From: a virus | Taxonomy: Duplodnaviria > Caudoviricetes | Length of the DNA stretch: 35,561 nucleotides | IMG/VR virus record: IMGVR_UViG_3300022218_000009 | Span: 1-35,561 of that record | Direction: 5' to 3' (one strand) | Shown: piece by piece, positions 26,373 through 35,439 of the stretch | How the letters are laid out: each line of letters opens with the position of its first letter | Numbering within the stretch: position 1 is the first letter of the stretch | The notes under the pieces: generated by a model | The model's database searches: none | Told to the model about the DNA's origin: nothing | What the model saw: the letters and a program-made list of their open reading frames with translations, nothing else | Program-made: the position numbers and the translations under genes

Positions 26373-26483
26373 ATGATTAATTTTGATGGAATTACAGCGT
26401 TTTTTATGGCAGCAGGAGTAACCTTATTAGTTTTAGGTTATGGTATAGGTAAACTTTTTGAGATAGTAATAAGTAAGTTATGA
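26373..26483 (+). CDS. Small membrane peptide (36 aa, MINFDGITAFFMAAGVTLLVLGYGIG...)
   Basis: Read manually; AGGAG RBS; ATGA overlap with terL. Confidence 0.65.
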   Translation: MINFDGITAFFMAAGVTLLVLGYGIGKLFEIVISKL

Positions 26484-27913
26484 GTAGTCAAATACAAATA
26501 CCTGAAAAGTTATTACCACTAATTGATAAACCTAAACGCTTTAAGATAGTGATAGGTGGTCGTGGTGGTGCTAAATCTACAGCTATAGCCAACATAATGT
26601 TGATGAAGATTGAAACAGAAGCTGCTGATATATTATGTTTAAGAGAGCTACAAAACTCTATTGAAGATTCAGTACATAAGTTGTTTAAGAAGTCTATTGA
26701 GTTAATAGGTATTGGAGATAGATTTTATACAACTGATAATAAGGTTGAATCACTAGCTACTAAAGCAGGAACAAGATATAAAGGTGCTGCTAGAAACCCT
26801 ACAGCTATAAAATCTGCTGAAGACTTTAAATACTCTTGGTTTGAAGAAGCTCAAACTATCTCTCAAAAAACTTTAGATGATTTAATACCTACAATACGTT
26901 CTGAAGGTTCTGAGTTATGGTTTAGTGCTAATCCTGGTAGTTCTAATGATCCTTTCTCACTAAGATTTATAACACCTTACTTAAAAGAACTAGAACGTGA
27001 TGGTTATTATGAAGATGATCTACACTTAATTATTGTAGTAAATTGGAGAGATAACCCTTGGTTTCCTAAAGAGTTGGAACAGAATAGATTATGGGATTAT
27101 GAACATTTACCTAGAGCTAAGTACGATCATATATGGGAAGGTAAGTTTGATGATACAGTTGAAGATGCAATTATACAACCTGAATGGTTTGATGCTTGTA
27201 TAGATTCTCACACTAAGTTGGGAATAGTACCTAAAGGTGTTGAGGTTGTAGCACATGATCCTTCAGATGTTGGTGAAGATAGTAAAGGTTTATGTTATAG
27301 ACACGGTATTTTAGTAAAAGATGTTCAAGAGATGGATCATGGTGATATAAATGAAGGTGGAGATTGGGCGGTTGACTATACTGCTTCACTAAAAGCTGAT
27401 GCATTTATTTGGGATTGTGATGGTATGGGTGTAGGTTTAAATAGACAAGTTACTGAAGGTTTAGCTGTTAAGAAGATAGATATTCAGATGTATAAAGGTT
27501 CTCAATCACCTAGACAACCAGGGGCTGTTTTTGAAAAGGTTGGTGATAAGGTTAAAACTAATGAAGAAGCTTTTGCTAATCAACGTGCTCAAGGTTATTG
27601 GTATTTAAGAGATAGGATCTATAAAACTTATTTAGCTGTTGAGAAGGGTGAGTATCAAAACCCTGATGATTTAATAAGCTTTAGTTCTGAGATAAGTAAC
27701 ATGGAAGGTATAAGATCAGAAGTTTGTAGAATACCTACTAAAAATAATGGTTCAGGTAAGATACAAATAATGAGTAAACCTGAGATGAAGAAGCTTAAAA
27801 TTAAATCTCCTAATATGGCAGATAGTATTATGATGGCTATGTTTTATCAACCTGAGATGAAGAAAAAAGTAGAAGTAAATGTTAAACCAATAACTAAAAG
27901 ATGGAAGAAGTAG
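26480..27913 (+). CDS. terL: Terminase large subunit (PBSX/Terminase_3-like, headful type)
   Basis: GGRGGAKS, RE.QNSI.DSV, WFEEAQ, W.S.NP, HDPSD.G.D, SPNMAD. Confidence 0.93.
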   Translation: MSSQIQIPEKLLPLIDKPKRFKIVIGGRGGAKSTAIANIMLMKIETEAADILCLRELQNSIEDSVHKLFKKSIELIGIGDRFYTTDNKVESLATKAGTRYKGAARNPTAIKSAEDFKYSWFEEAQTISQKTLDDLIPTIRSEGSELWFSANPGSSNDPFSLRFITPYLKELERDGYYEDDLHLIIVVNWRDNPWFPKELEQNRLWDYEHLPRAKYDHIWEGKFDDTVEDAIIQPEWFDACIDSHTKLGIVPKGVEVVAHDPSDVGEDSKGLCYRHGILVKDVQEMDHGDINEGGDWAVDYTASLKADAFIWDCDGMGVGLNRQVTEGLAVKKIDIQMYKGSQSPRQPGAVFEKVGDKVKTNEEAFANQRAQGYWYLRDRIYKTYLAVEKGEYQNPDDLISFSSEISNMEGIRSEVCRIPTKNNGSGKIQIMSKPEMKKLKIKSPNMADSIMMAMFYQPEMKKKVEVNVKPITKRWKK

Positions 27914-27921
27914 TTTAAAGA

Positions 27922-27932
27922 TATGATATAAT
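27922..27932 (+). promoter_or_regulatory. Extended -10 promoter upstream of the portal gene
   Basis: TATGATATAAT. Confidence 0.6.
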
Positions 27933-27965
27933 AGCTCTATTGAAATTCCAATAAGGTAGCTACAA

Positions 27966-30068
27966 ATGGAAGACTATAACGAAAACACAACTACAGAAGA
28001 AGAACAAACTGATGAGCTTAAAGAGATACATGAAGAAGCTTTAGAAGATTTTAACCGTGCTCAAAGTCCTGTTGCTGATGAACGTGAACAATGTTTAGAA
28101 GATAGAAGATTTTACTCTATATCAGGTGCTCAATGGGAAGGTAATCTTGGAGATCAGTTTGAAAACAAACCTCAACTAGAAGTAAATAAGATCCACTTAT
28201 CAGTTATGAGAATAATCAATGAGTATAGAAACAACCGTATTACAGTTGATTTTATGTCAGATGCTAATGATGGTATTGCAACTACTTGTGATAAGTTATA
28301 TCGTGCTAATGAACAAGAATCTAATGCTGATGAAGCTTATGATAATGCTTTTGAAGAATCTGTTGGTGGTGGTTACGGTGCTTGGAGATTAAAAGCTGAG
28401 TATGAAGATGAAGAAGATGAAGATAATGACTTTCAAAAAATAAGCATACTTCCTATTTATGATGCAGATGCTTCAGTATTTTGGGATCCTAATGCTAAAC
28501 GTCAAGATAAGAAAGATGCTAAATACTGCTTTGTAATAAGTGCTAAGAATAAAGAAACTTATGAAGAAGAGTACGGTGAATATGGTGATAGTGTACCTAA
28601 AGAAGTAGATCAAAGTGAGTTTGATTGGTCACCTGATGAGATTATTTATATAGCTGAATATTTTAAAGTGGAGCACGTTAAGAAGACTGTAAATGTTTAT
28701 GAAAATGCTCTTGGTGAAGAGAAGCGTTATACTTCAGATGAGTTAGAAGATGATCCTGAATTACTTGAAGAGTTATTAACTTTAGGTTTTAAACTTGTTA
28801 AATCTAAGACTGTTAAAAAACAAAAAGTTCGTAAATATATTATAGATGGTAAAAAAGTTCTTGAAGATTGCGGTTACATAGCTGGTAAATATATTCCTAT
28901 AGTTCCTATGTACGGTAAAAGATGGGTTGTTGATAATGTAGAACGCTGTATGGGACACGTTAGACTAGCTAAAGATGTTCAAAGATTAAAGAATATGATG
29001 TTATCTAAATTAGCTGAGTTTAGTGCTTCAAGTGGTATAGAGAAACCTATTCTTACTCCTGAACAAGTATCAGGACATGAAAAGATGTGGAGTGATGAAG
29101 CTGTTGAAGATTATCCTTATCTGCTTATTAATCCTATTACTGATGCAAATGGTAATGAAGTAGCTTCTCCACCAATAGGTTATACTAAACCACCTACAAT
29201 ACCACCAGCTTTAGCTGCATTATTACAATTAACTGATGGTGATATTAGAGAGTTATTAGGAGATCATCAAGCTATTGAGAAAGTAGTATCTAATATTTCA
29301 GGTGAAGCTATAGCTCAAATAAAAGAAACTCTTGATATGCAAACTTTCATCTATATGTCAAATATGGCTAAAGCTATGAAGCGTTCAGGTGAGATATGGT
29401 TATCAATGGCTAAAGATATTCTTATTGAAGAAAACCGTAAACTAAAAGGTTTAAATGAGAATGATGAGATAGAGTACATAGATATTTCTAAACCAACTAT
29501 GAATAAAGATACTAATGAAGTAGAGTATTTAAACGATATTACTAAAGCTAACTTAGATATTAAAGTAGCTGTAACTCCTTCAACTACTACAAGACGTGCT
29601 AAAACTGTTAAAGATATTACTAATATGCTTCAAATAACTTCAGATCCTGAGTTACAACAAGTATTAAGTTCAACTGCTGTTCTTAACATGGAAGGTGAAG
29701 GTGTTGATGATATTAAACAGTTCATAAGAAAGAAACTTATTAAGATGGGAGCTATACAACCTACTGAAAAAGAAGGTCAAGAGATGGTTGAAGAGTTACA
29801 AAATGCTAAACCAACTGCTCAAGATAGTTACCTGGAAGCTGAAGCTACTAAGTCTAAAGCTCAAGCTGAAAAATATGTAGCTGATACTCAAAAAGCTCTT
29901 GCTGATGCAGAGAAGATTAAAGTAGAGATGATAGAGATAGTTGCTAAACTTAAACGTGAAAATCAAGGTGCTGGTATAAGTCAAGCTAAAATGCTTCAAG
30001 AGTTAATGGAGAAAGGTCAAGCTAGACCTATGCAACAAGGAACTATTCCTGAAGCAGGAGAATTTTAA
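27966..30068 (+). CDS. Portal protein, P22 gp1-like
   Basis: 700 aa; EDRRF..I.G.QW, P.LE.NK, AYDNAF.E...GG.GAWR, IP.VP.YG, G.VR.AKD.QR..N; C-terminal coiled barrel. Confidence 0.9.
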   Translation: MEDYNENTTTEEEQTDELKEIHEEALEDFNRAQSPVADEREQCLEDRRFYSISGAQWEGNLGDQFENKPQLEVNKIHLSVMRIINEYRNNRITVDFMSDANDGIATTCDKLYRANEQESNADEAYDNAFEESVGGGYGAWRLKAEYEDEEDEDNDFQKISILPIYDADASVFWDPNAKRQDKKDAKYCFVISAKNKETYEEEYGEYGDSVPKEVDQSEFDWSPDEIIYIAEYFKVEHVKKTVNVYENALGEEKRYTSDELEDDPELLEELLTLGFKLVKSKTVKKQKVRKYIIDGKKVLEDCGYIAGKYIPIVPMYGKRWVVDNVERCMGHVRLAKDVQRLKNMMLSKLAEFSASSGIEKPILTPEQVSGHEKMWSDEAVEDYPYLLINPITDANGNEVASPPIGYTKPPTIPPALAALLQLTDGDIRELLGDHQAIEKVVSNISGEAIAQIKETLDMQTFIYMSNMAKAMKRSGEIWLSMAKDILIEENRKLKGLNENDEIEYIDISKPTMNKDTNEVEYLNDITKANLDIKVAVTPSTTTRRAKTVKDITNMLQITSDPELQQVLSSTAVLNMEGEGVDDIKQFIRKKLIKMGAIQPTEKEGQEMVEELQNAKPTAQDSYLEAEATKSKAQAEKYVADTQKALADAEKIKVEMIEIVAKLKRENQGAGISQAKMLQELMEKGQARPMQQGTIPEAGEF

Positions 30069-32302
30069 TGAACCCTCAATTTGTAAACCCTGAAGATGTA
30101 ACTGCTACAATGCCTGAAGATGTGTTTGATAGATCTCAAGCACTTCAAGCTGAAAGACAAAAGACTGTAGAAGGTTTACCTACTTTTGGTGAAACTATGT
30201 ATAGATCTACTGCTGATATTATAGGAACACCTGTTGATTTGGCTTCTATGGCTTTAGCACCGTTTGGTTATAGTGAGAAAGCTCCTATTGGTGGTTCTGA
30301 ATACTTTAAACAAATGGGTGAACAAAAAGGTATTATATCTTCAGCTTCTAACCCTATACTAGAAATAGCTGCTAGTTTAGTAGTACCTGATCCGTTGGAT
30401 GTACTTACTGTTACTAAAATGGCTACTCCTTTAATGATGGGTGCTATTGGTTTAGGTGGTGATGTTGGTAGAAAAATGGCTGATGATGTACCTGAAATGG
30501 TAGATGATGTAAAACCTTTTTACTCACAACTAGAACGATATATAGAAGGTGGTCAAAACGCTTACACTAAAGAACAAGCTAAAGGGTTTTTATCTAAACA
30601 AGGTTTAAAAGAAGATGAAATGAAATGGAGTGGTTTAAAAGATTATCTTGATTCACTTCCTGAAGGTTCTAAAGTTACAAAACAAGAATTACAAGAGGTT
30701 GTAAACCCACCTAAACTAGAAAAGAAAGTGTTAGGTGAACTTCCTAAAAAAGAAACTGAAGATATGTTTATCTTAGATTATGAAGATTTAGATGATGAAG
30801 TAATAGATTATTTAATTTCTTTAGATCCTCAAGATAGAGAAGTTGCTGAACAAATGATGAAACAATCTAATCAAAACTTATTAACAGATGGTACTTTTGA
30901 AAATGAATGGAATAAAATGATTACAAAGTACCCCGATCAAGATCATAATATAATTCATGATGTAAATGATGCTCTTTTTGATGAATACCATGAAGCTTAC
31001 TCTAAAGCAGATTTTGAACCAAAATATAGAGAATATGCAACAAGAGATGTAGGAACTAATTATCGTGAAGAATTGACTACATTAGGTTTAGAAGACAAAA
31101 AAGAAAAAGAACTTAACATTCTTTATGATGAAATTGCAAACAACCCTTATAAATACCCTAGAGGTAGTGATAAATATAATGATTACTTAGACTTATCACA
31201 AGAAATAGCTGAAACTAAAACAGGAAAAACAATAGTAAATAAACCTTATTCTGATGGGAGTGATAGATGGGTAATTTATGATAAAGATGGGAATGTTCAA
31301 CCTAAGATGTATGGTGAAAATAGACAAGGGGCTATAGCAGAACTAAATAATGAGGCTAGAATAAGCGATAGTAGTTATAAATCTTCACATTGGGATGAAC
31401 CTAATGTACTCTATCATGTTAGAAAACAAGATACTAATATAGAAGGTGATAACACTCTTCTTATTGAAGAAATACAATCCGATTGGCATCAAGCTGGAAG
31501 ACAAAGTGGATATAAAGGTTCTCAAGATGAAATAGAAAAAGCTAAAAAAGCTAGTAATGATTATAAAGAAATGTTAAAAACAAAATACGGTTTAGAAGAT
31601 GCTACACCTATGAAGTTAAGAGCTTATTTAAGAGATAACGGTTTAACTGAAGAGAGAGATACACTAAACAGATTATCAGCTGAATCAAATGCTGTAGATA
31701 AAGCCCTTGCTGTACCACAAGCTCCTTATAGTAAAACATGGCACGAAAAAGCTATGAAAGATCAAATAGCTGAAGCTGTTGAAAAAGATTATGATAGGGT
31801 TGCGTGGGTAGCAGGGAAGGAACAAGCAGGTAGGTATTCGTTATCTAAGCAAATAGACAAGCTAGAAGCAGAAGAAGCACCGTTAAAAGATGGCACTTAT
31901 GATGTATGGATATATAAGGATGGAGAAAGGGATTATCTAGGTAATAAAACTAAACTAGAATTATCAGACACCATTGGAAAAGATATGGCTGAAAAAGTAG
32001 TAAAAGATAATGGTGGAATTTATGAAGGGTTAGATTTAGAAGTAGGAGGTGAAGGTATGAAAGGCTTTTATGATAAAATGCTCCCCAAGTGGGTTTCTAA
32101 ATATATTAAAAAATATGATTCTAGTGTAGAAATAAAAGAACTTCCTAACGGTCAAAAAGTCTGGAGCTTTCCTGTTACTGATAAAATGAAACGGGAAGTG
32201 AGTACAAAAGGACAACCTTTATATACTCATCCTGCTACAGTTGGTGCTGTTGGTTTAGGTATTGGAGCTGGTGCTATGTATGAAGAAGAGGAAGGATTAT
32301 AA
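30068..32302 (+). CDS. Large accessory protein, polyvalent-protein/internal-virion-effector-like
   Basis: G.PVD...P.GGS N-terminus; FYSQLE...GLKEDE..WSGL; NYRE; SHWDEPNV..H.R; LLIEEIQSDWHQ; GMKGFYD; hydrophobic Gly-rich C-terminus. Confidence 0.6.
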   Translation: MNPQFVNPEDVTATMPEDVFDRSQALQAERQKTVEGLPTFGETMYRSTADIIGTPVDLASMALAPFGYSEKAPIGGSEYFKQMGEQKGIISSASNPILEIAASLVVPDPLDVLTVTKMATPLMMGAIGLGGDVGRKMADDVPEMVDDVKPFYSQLERYIEGGQNAYTKEQAKGFLSKQGLKEDEMKWSGLKDYLDSLPEGSKVTKQELQEVVNPPKLEKKVLGELPKKETEDMFILDYEDLDDEVIDYLISLDPQDREVAEQMMKQSNQNLLTDGTFENEWNKMITKYPDQDHNIIHDVNDALFDEYHEAYSKADFEPKYREYATRDVGTNYREELTTLGLEDKKEKELNILYDEIANNPYKYPRGSDKYNDYLDLSQEIAETKTGKTIVNKPYSDGSDRWVIYDKDGNVQPKMYGENRQGAIAELNNEARISDSSYKSSHWDEPNVLYHVRKQDTNIEGDNTLLIEEIQSDWHQAGRQSGYKGSQDEIEKAKKASNDYKEMLKTKYGLEDATPMKLRAYLRDNGLTEERDTLNRLSAESNAVDKALAVPQAPYSKTWHEKAMKDQIAEAVEKDYDRVAWVAGKEQAGRYSLSKQIDKLEAEEAPLKDGTYDVWIYKDGERDYLGNKTKLELSDTIGKDMAEKVVKDNGGIYEGLDLEVGGEGMKGFYDKMLPKWVSKYIKKYDSSVEIKELPNGQKVWSFPVTDKMKREVSTKGQPLYTHPATVGAVGLGIGAGAMYEEEEGL

Positions 32303-32315
32303 CCTTTTCTTAAAT

Positions 32316-32326
32316 TATGATATAAT
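32316..32326 (+). promoter_or_regulatory. Extended -10 promoter upstream of the scaffold gene
   Basis: TATGATATAAT, identical to 27922-27932. Confidence 0.6.
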
Positions 32327-32383
32327 TATCGCAGAGGTATCAGTACCACCTTAAAAAGGGCTAGTTAATTTAAGGACTAAAAA

Positions 32384-33184
32384 ATGTCAGTAGAACAACA
32401 AGAAGTTATAACAGAAGATCAGATTATTGAAGATGTAATTACGGATGAAGTAGATGCACCTGAAGTTGAAGAAGAAGATGTTATAACTATTGGAGATGAG
32501 GAAACGACACCTCAAACGGATAATAAGGAAGCTCCTGAGTGGGTAAAAGACCTTCGTAAAAAGAATCGTGAAGATCAAAAACGTATTAAAGAATTGGAAA
32601 AACAAATAGCTCAAAAAAACGGAGCACAAGATCCCGTTAAAGAGTTAAAAAAACCAACTTTAGCCGATTGTGATTATGATGATGCACTTTACGATCAGAA
32701 ATTAGAAGAATACTTTGTTGCTAAACAAGAAGTTGTTAAACAAGAAGGTAAAGTTAAACAAGCCTGGGAACAGAAGCTTGAAACTTACAGTTCTAAGAAA
32801 AATGAGCTTAAAGTAAGAGATTTTGATGATGCTGAAGATATTGTAAAAGATACTCTTAATGAAACACAACAAGGAATTATTTTACAAGGAGCTACTAATC
32901 CTGCTCTTGTTGTTTATGCTCTAGGTAAAAATGAGCAAAAAGCTAAAGAATTAGCAAAAATTAGCGACCCTATTCAATTTGCTTTTGAAGTTGCAAGACT
33001 TGAAACACAAATGAAGATTACTAAACGTACACCTTCTACTAACCCTGAAAAAGTTGTAGTTGGTAATGAAAGAATTGTTGGTGGTTCTCACGAAAAGAAC
33101 TTAGAAAAACTTAGAGCTAAAGGAAGAAAATCAGGTGATTTTTCAGAAGTTTTAGCATATAAGAGAAAACACAAATTAAATTAA
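32384..33184 (+). CDS. Scaffolding protein, P22 gp8-like
   Basis: Acidic N-terminus, APEWVKDLRK, KPTL.D.DYD, coiled coil, C-terminal LEKLR......GD.S.V.AYKR coat-binding-like hairpin; precedes the coat gene. Confidence 0.85.
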   Translation: MSVEQQEVITEDQIIEDVITDEVDAPEVEEEDVITIGDEETTPQTDNKEAPEWVKDLRKKNREDQKRIKELEKQIAQKNGAQDPVKELKKPTLADCDYDDALYDQKLEEYFVAKQEVVKQEGKVKQAWEQKLETYSSKKNELKVRDFDDAEDIVKDTLNETQQGIILQGATNPALVVYALGKNEQKAKELAKISDPIQFAFEVARLETQMKITKRTPSTNPEKVVVGNERIVGGSHEKNLEKLRAKGRKSGDFSEVLAYKRKHKLN

Positions 33185-33195
33185 AAGGATAAGTC

Positions 33196-34455
33196 ATGGC
33201 AAATGATTTTTCACAAACAGTCGATATATTTTTTGAACAAGTAGTACAAGGTTTTGAAGCTGCAAATGTTTCATCAAGAAACGTTAGTATGTATAAACCT
33301 GAAGTTGGTGCTTTAGCACTTAGCGGTCAAACATTCCACCGCCCTATGCCTTTAATGTTAGAAACTGCTGATGGTAGAGATGTATCAGCTGCTTATAAAG
33401 ATATGGTAGAACTTACAGTTCCTAGTACACTTACAGAATCACATCTTAGAAATGTTCCTGTATCTTTAACAGGTGTTCAGCTTAACAACCCTCATATTAT
33501 GAAAAATGCTGTTGATAGTGCTGTTATTCAACTTTCTAACAAACTTGATACTCTAGTTGCTGATAAAATTGCTACTTATGGTACGTTAGTTGTTACAAGT
33601 GGTACAAACATTGATACTTATGATGAGGCTGCTGAAGCTGATGCTATTATGTTAGAACAACAAGCTTCTAAAGGTATGAGAGTTATGCTTCTTAACCCTC
33701 GTATGGCAAAGAACTTAGCTGGTGATTTAGCTGGTAGACAAACTATGACAGGTGCTCCAATGAGTGCTTATGAGCGTTCTACTTTACCTCCTATCGCTGG
33801 TTTTGATACTTTCAGATCTGATTATGGTAAAACAATTACAGGTTCTGCTTTAACAGGTGATTTAGTTGCTGGTGCAAATCAAAATTATACTCCTGTTTCT
33901 AAAGATGCAAATGATCTTCCTGTTGATAACCGTACAATGACTTTAACTGTTGATGATGGTGCTGCTGGTGCTACAGGACTTGTTGCTGGTGATTGTTTTA
34001 CTATTGCTGGTGTTTACTCAGTAGGTCATATTAACAAGCAATCTACAGGACAGTTAAAAACTTTCCGTGTTATTTCTGCTGGTACTAATGATGTTGTTAT
34101 AGCTCCTGCTATTATCCCTGCTGATGGTACAGGTGCTCAAGTTGCTTATGCAAATGTTAATACAACTCCTGCTGATAATGCAGCTATTACAATTCTTAAC
34201 ACAACTACTAAACCTGCTTCTGTTTTCTATGAAAAAGGTGCTGTTGAGATCGTTCACGCTGAACTTGATACTTCTTCTTTTGAAGCTGATGGTAAGAAAA
34301 TCAGACGTGCTATTACTGATAGTGGTGTTCAGATCATCATGATGAGTGATTCAAACATTGATACACTTGTTACTAAATATCGTATGTTTATTTGGGCAAA
34401 TGTTGAAGTTCTAAATTATGAACTTGCTGGTGTTATGCTTGAAGCACAAGTGTAA
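33196..34455 (+). CDS. Major capsid protein, P22 gp5-like
   Basis: 419 aa; MANDFS start; I-domain-like insert (AGDCFTIAGV..V..I.KQSTGQLKTFRV). Confidence 0.9.
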   Translation: MANDFSQTVDIFFEQVVQGFEAANVSSRNVSMYKPEVGALALSGQTFHRPMPLMLETADGRDVSAAYKDMVELTVPSTLTESHLRNVPVSLTGVQLNNPHIMKNAVDSAVIQLSNKLDTLVADKIATYGTLVVTSGTNIDTYDEAAEADAIMLEQQASKGMRVMLLNPRMAKNLAGDLAGRQTMTGAPMSAYERSTLPPIAGFDTFRSDYGKTITGSALTGDLVAGANQNYTPVSKDANDLPVDNRTMTLTVDDGAAGATGLVAGDCFTIAGVYSVGHINKQSTGQLKTFRVISAGTNDVVIAPAIIPADGTGAQVAYANVNTTPADNAAITILNTTTKPASVFYEKGAVEIVHAELDTSSFEADGKKIRRAITDSGVQIIMMSDSNIDTLVTKYRMFIWANVEVLNYELAGVMLEAQV

Positions 34456-34465
34456 ATAGTGTGGT

Positions 34466-34535
34466 GAAAGAGGGTTAATTCTCTCTTTCCTACTTGTTTT
34501 TGAGCATTTTTAGGAATGTTGAAATTCAAGTAGGA
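34466..34535 (+). terminator. Tandem hairpins after the coat gene (terminator/processing site)
   Basis: GAAAGAGGG/CTCTCTTTC (34466-34489) and TCCTACTTG/CAAGTAGGA (34488-34535). Confidence 0.6.
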
Positions 34536-34565
34536 TCTTATAAAAATTATATTAAAGGTTATAAA

Positions 34566-34937
34566 ATGGGTAAAGTAATGTTATATTCATATCCTAGAAC
34601 TATCAAAAGTAATGATGAAAAGAAAGGCTTTTGTAAAGTAAAAGGTGAAGAAGTTGATTATATTATTGTAGATGAAGATGAAGTTGAATCTTGTTTAGAT
34701 CAAGGTTTTTATGAAACTCCTGGTGAAGCTATAGAAGGTGGATCAAATGAACAAGCTAATGTTACGGAAACAACACTATCGTTGAATGATTTAGAAGGTA
34801 AAACTGTTGATGAAATCAAAGCTGCTTATACAGTAGAAGAGTTACAGGTTTTAGCTAAAGTTTGTGATATTAAACGTGCTACTCGTATGAATGAAGATAC
34901 ACTTGTTGAGAAACTTTTAGAGAAACTAGGAGAGTAA
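34566..34937 (+). CDS. Hypothetical head-associated protein with C-terminal Rho-N/HeH-like motif
   Basis: Start revised to ATG 34566 (AAAGG RBS; 34494 lies in a hairpin); TVEELQ.LAK..DI.....MN...LV..L. Confidence 0.6.
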   Translation: MGKVMLYSYPRTIKSNDEKKGFCKVKGEEVDYIIVDEDEVESCLDQGFYETPGEAIEGGSNEQANVTETTLSLNDLEGKTVDEIKAAYTVEELQVLAKVCDIKRATRMNEDTLVEKLLEKLGE

Positions 34938-34938
34938 A

Positions 34939-35439
34939 ATGTCATGGACTAAAAGAGAGTTTTGTCTAACTGCTTTTGAAGAGTTAGGTTTATCGGATGC
35001 TAACTATAATTTGCAAGATAGTCAATTAAAAACTGCTCTTAAACGTCTTGACAGTTTATTAGCTAATTGGAACGGTAAAGCTATTAGAATAGCTTACCCT
35101 TTAACATCTTCACCTACAAGTGATACAGATTTAGAAGCAAGTTTAGATGTTGATACAACTGTTCCTGATGTGGCTAATGAAGCTATTTATCTAAACTTAG
35201 CTATACGTATGGCTTCAGCTTTTGGTAAACCTGTTTCTTTAGAGCTAAAAACAAGTGCTAGAGATGCTTACAAAACATTGTTATCTTATAATGCTTATCC
35301 ATTACCAACTAAGAAGTTCACTCCTTTACCTGCTGGTGCTGGTAAGAAAGTTCATATTGATAACTCACAAAATTTTATTCTACCTGAAGATTCATACATA
35401 GATGTTGGTTCAGATGGTGAATTAGATCTATTAGGATAA
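34939..35439 (+). CDS. Head-tail adaptor, P22 gp4-like
   Basis: WTKRE....AFEELGL, AL.RLD....W...I...YP, NLA.R.A..FGK, LPAGAG.K. Confidence 0.85.
   Translation: MSWTKREFCLTAFEELGLSDANYNLQDSQLKTALKRLDSLLANWNGKAIRIAYPLTSSPTSDTDLEASLDVDTTVPDVANEAIYLNLAIRMASAFGKPVSLELKTSARDAYKTLLSYNAYPLPTKKFTPLPAGAGKKVHIDNSQNFILPEDSYIDVGSDGELDLLG

Noticed and set aside
26305-26376. 23-aa Arg-rich ORF (MSRGRRERG...) after terS
   Set aside because: It has a plausible RBS and coupling but is too short to support without expression data
5001-34342. Short antisense or nested ORFs in the track (5001, 7409, 8844, 10429, 11462, 11647, 19091, 25511, 29796, 32387, 34054, 34124)
   Set aside because: They lie within well-supported genes and have shadow-like composition; 10429 has no lipobox, so it is not an embedded spanin
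34494-34565. N-terminal extension of the post-capsid gene, or capsid read-through/frameshift
   Set aside because: The region is occupied by hairpins, there is a good RBS at 34566, and no slippery site is seen at the coat stop
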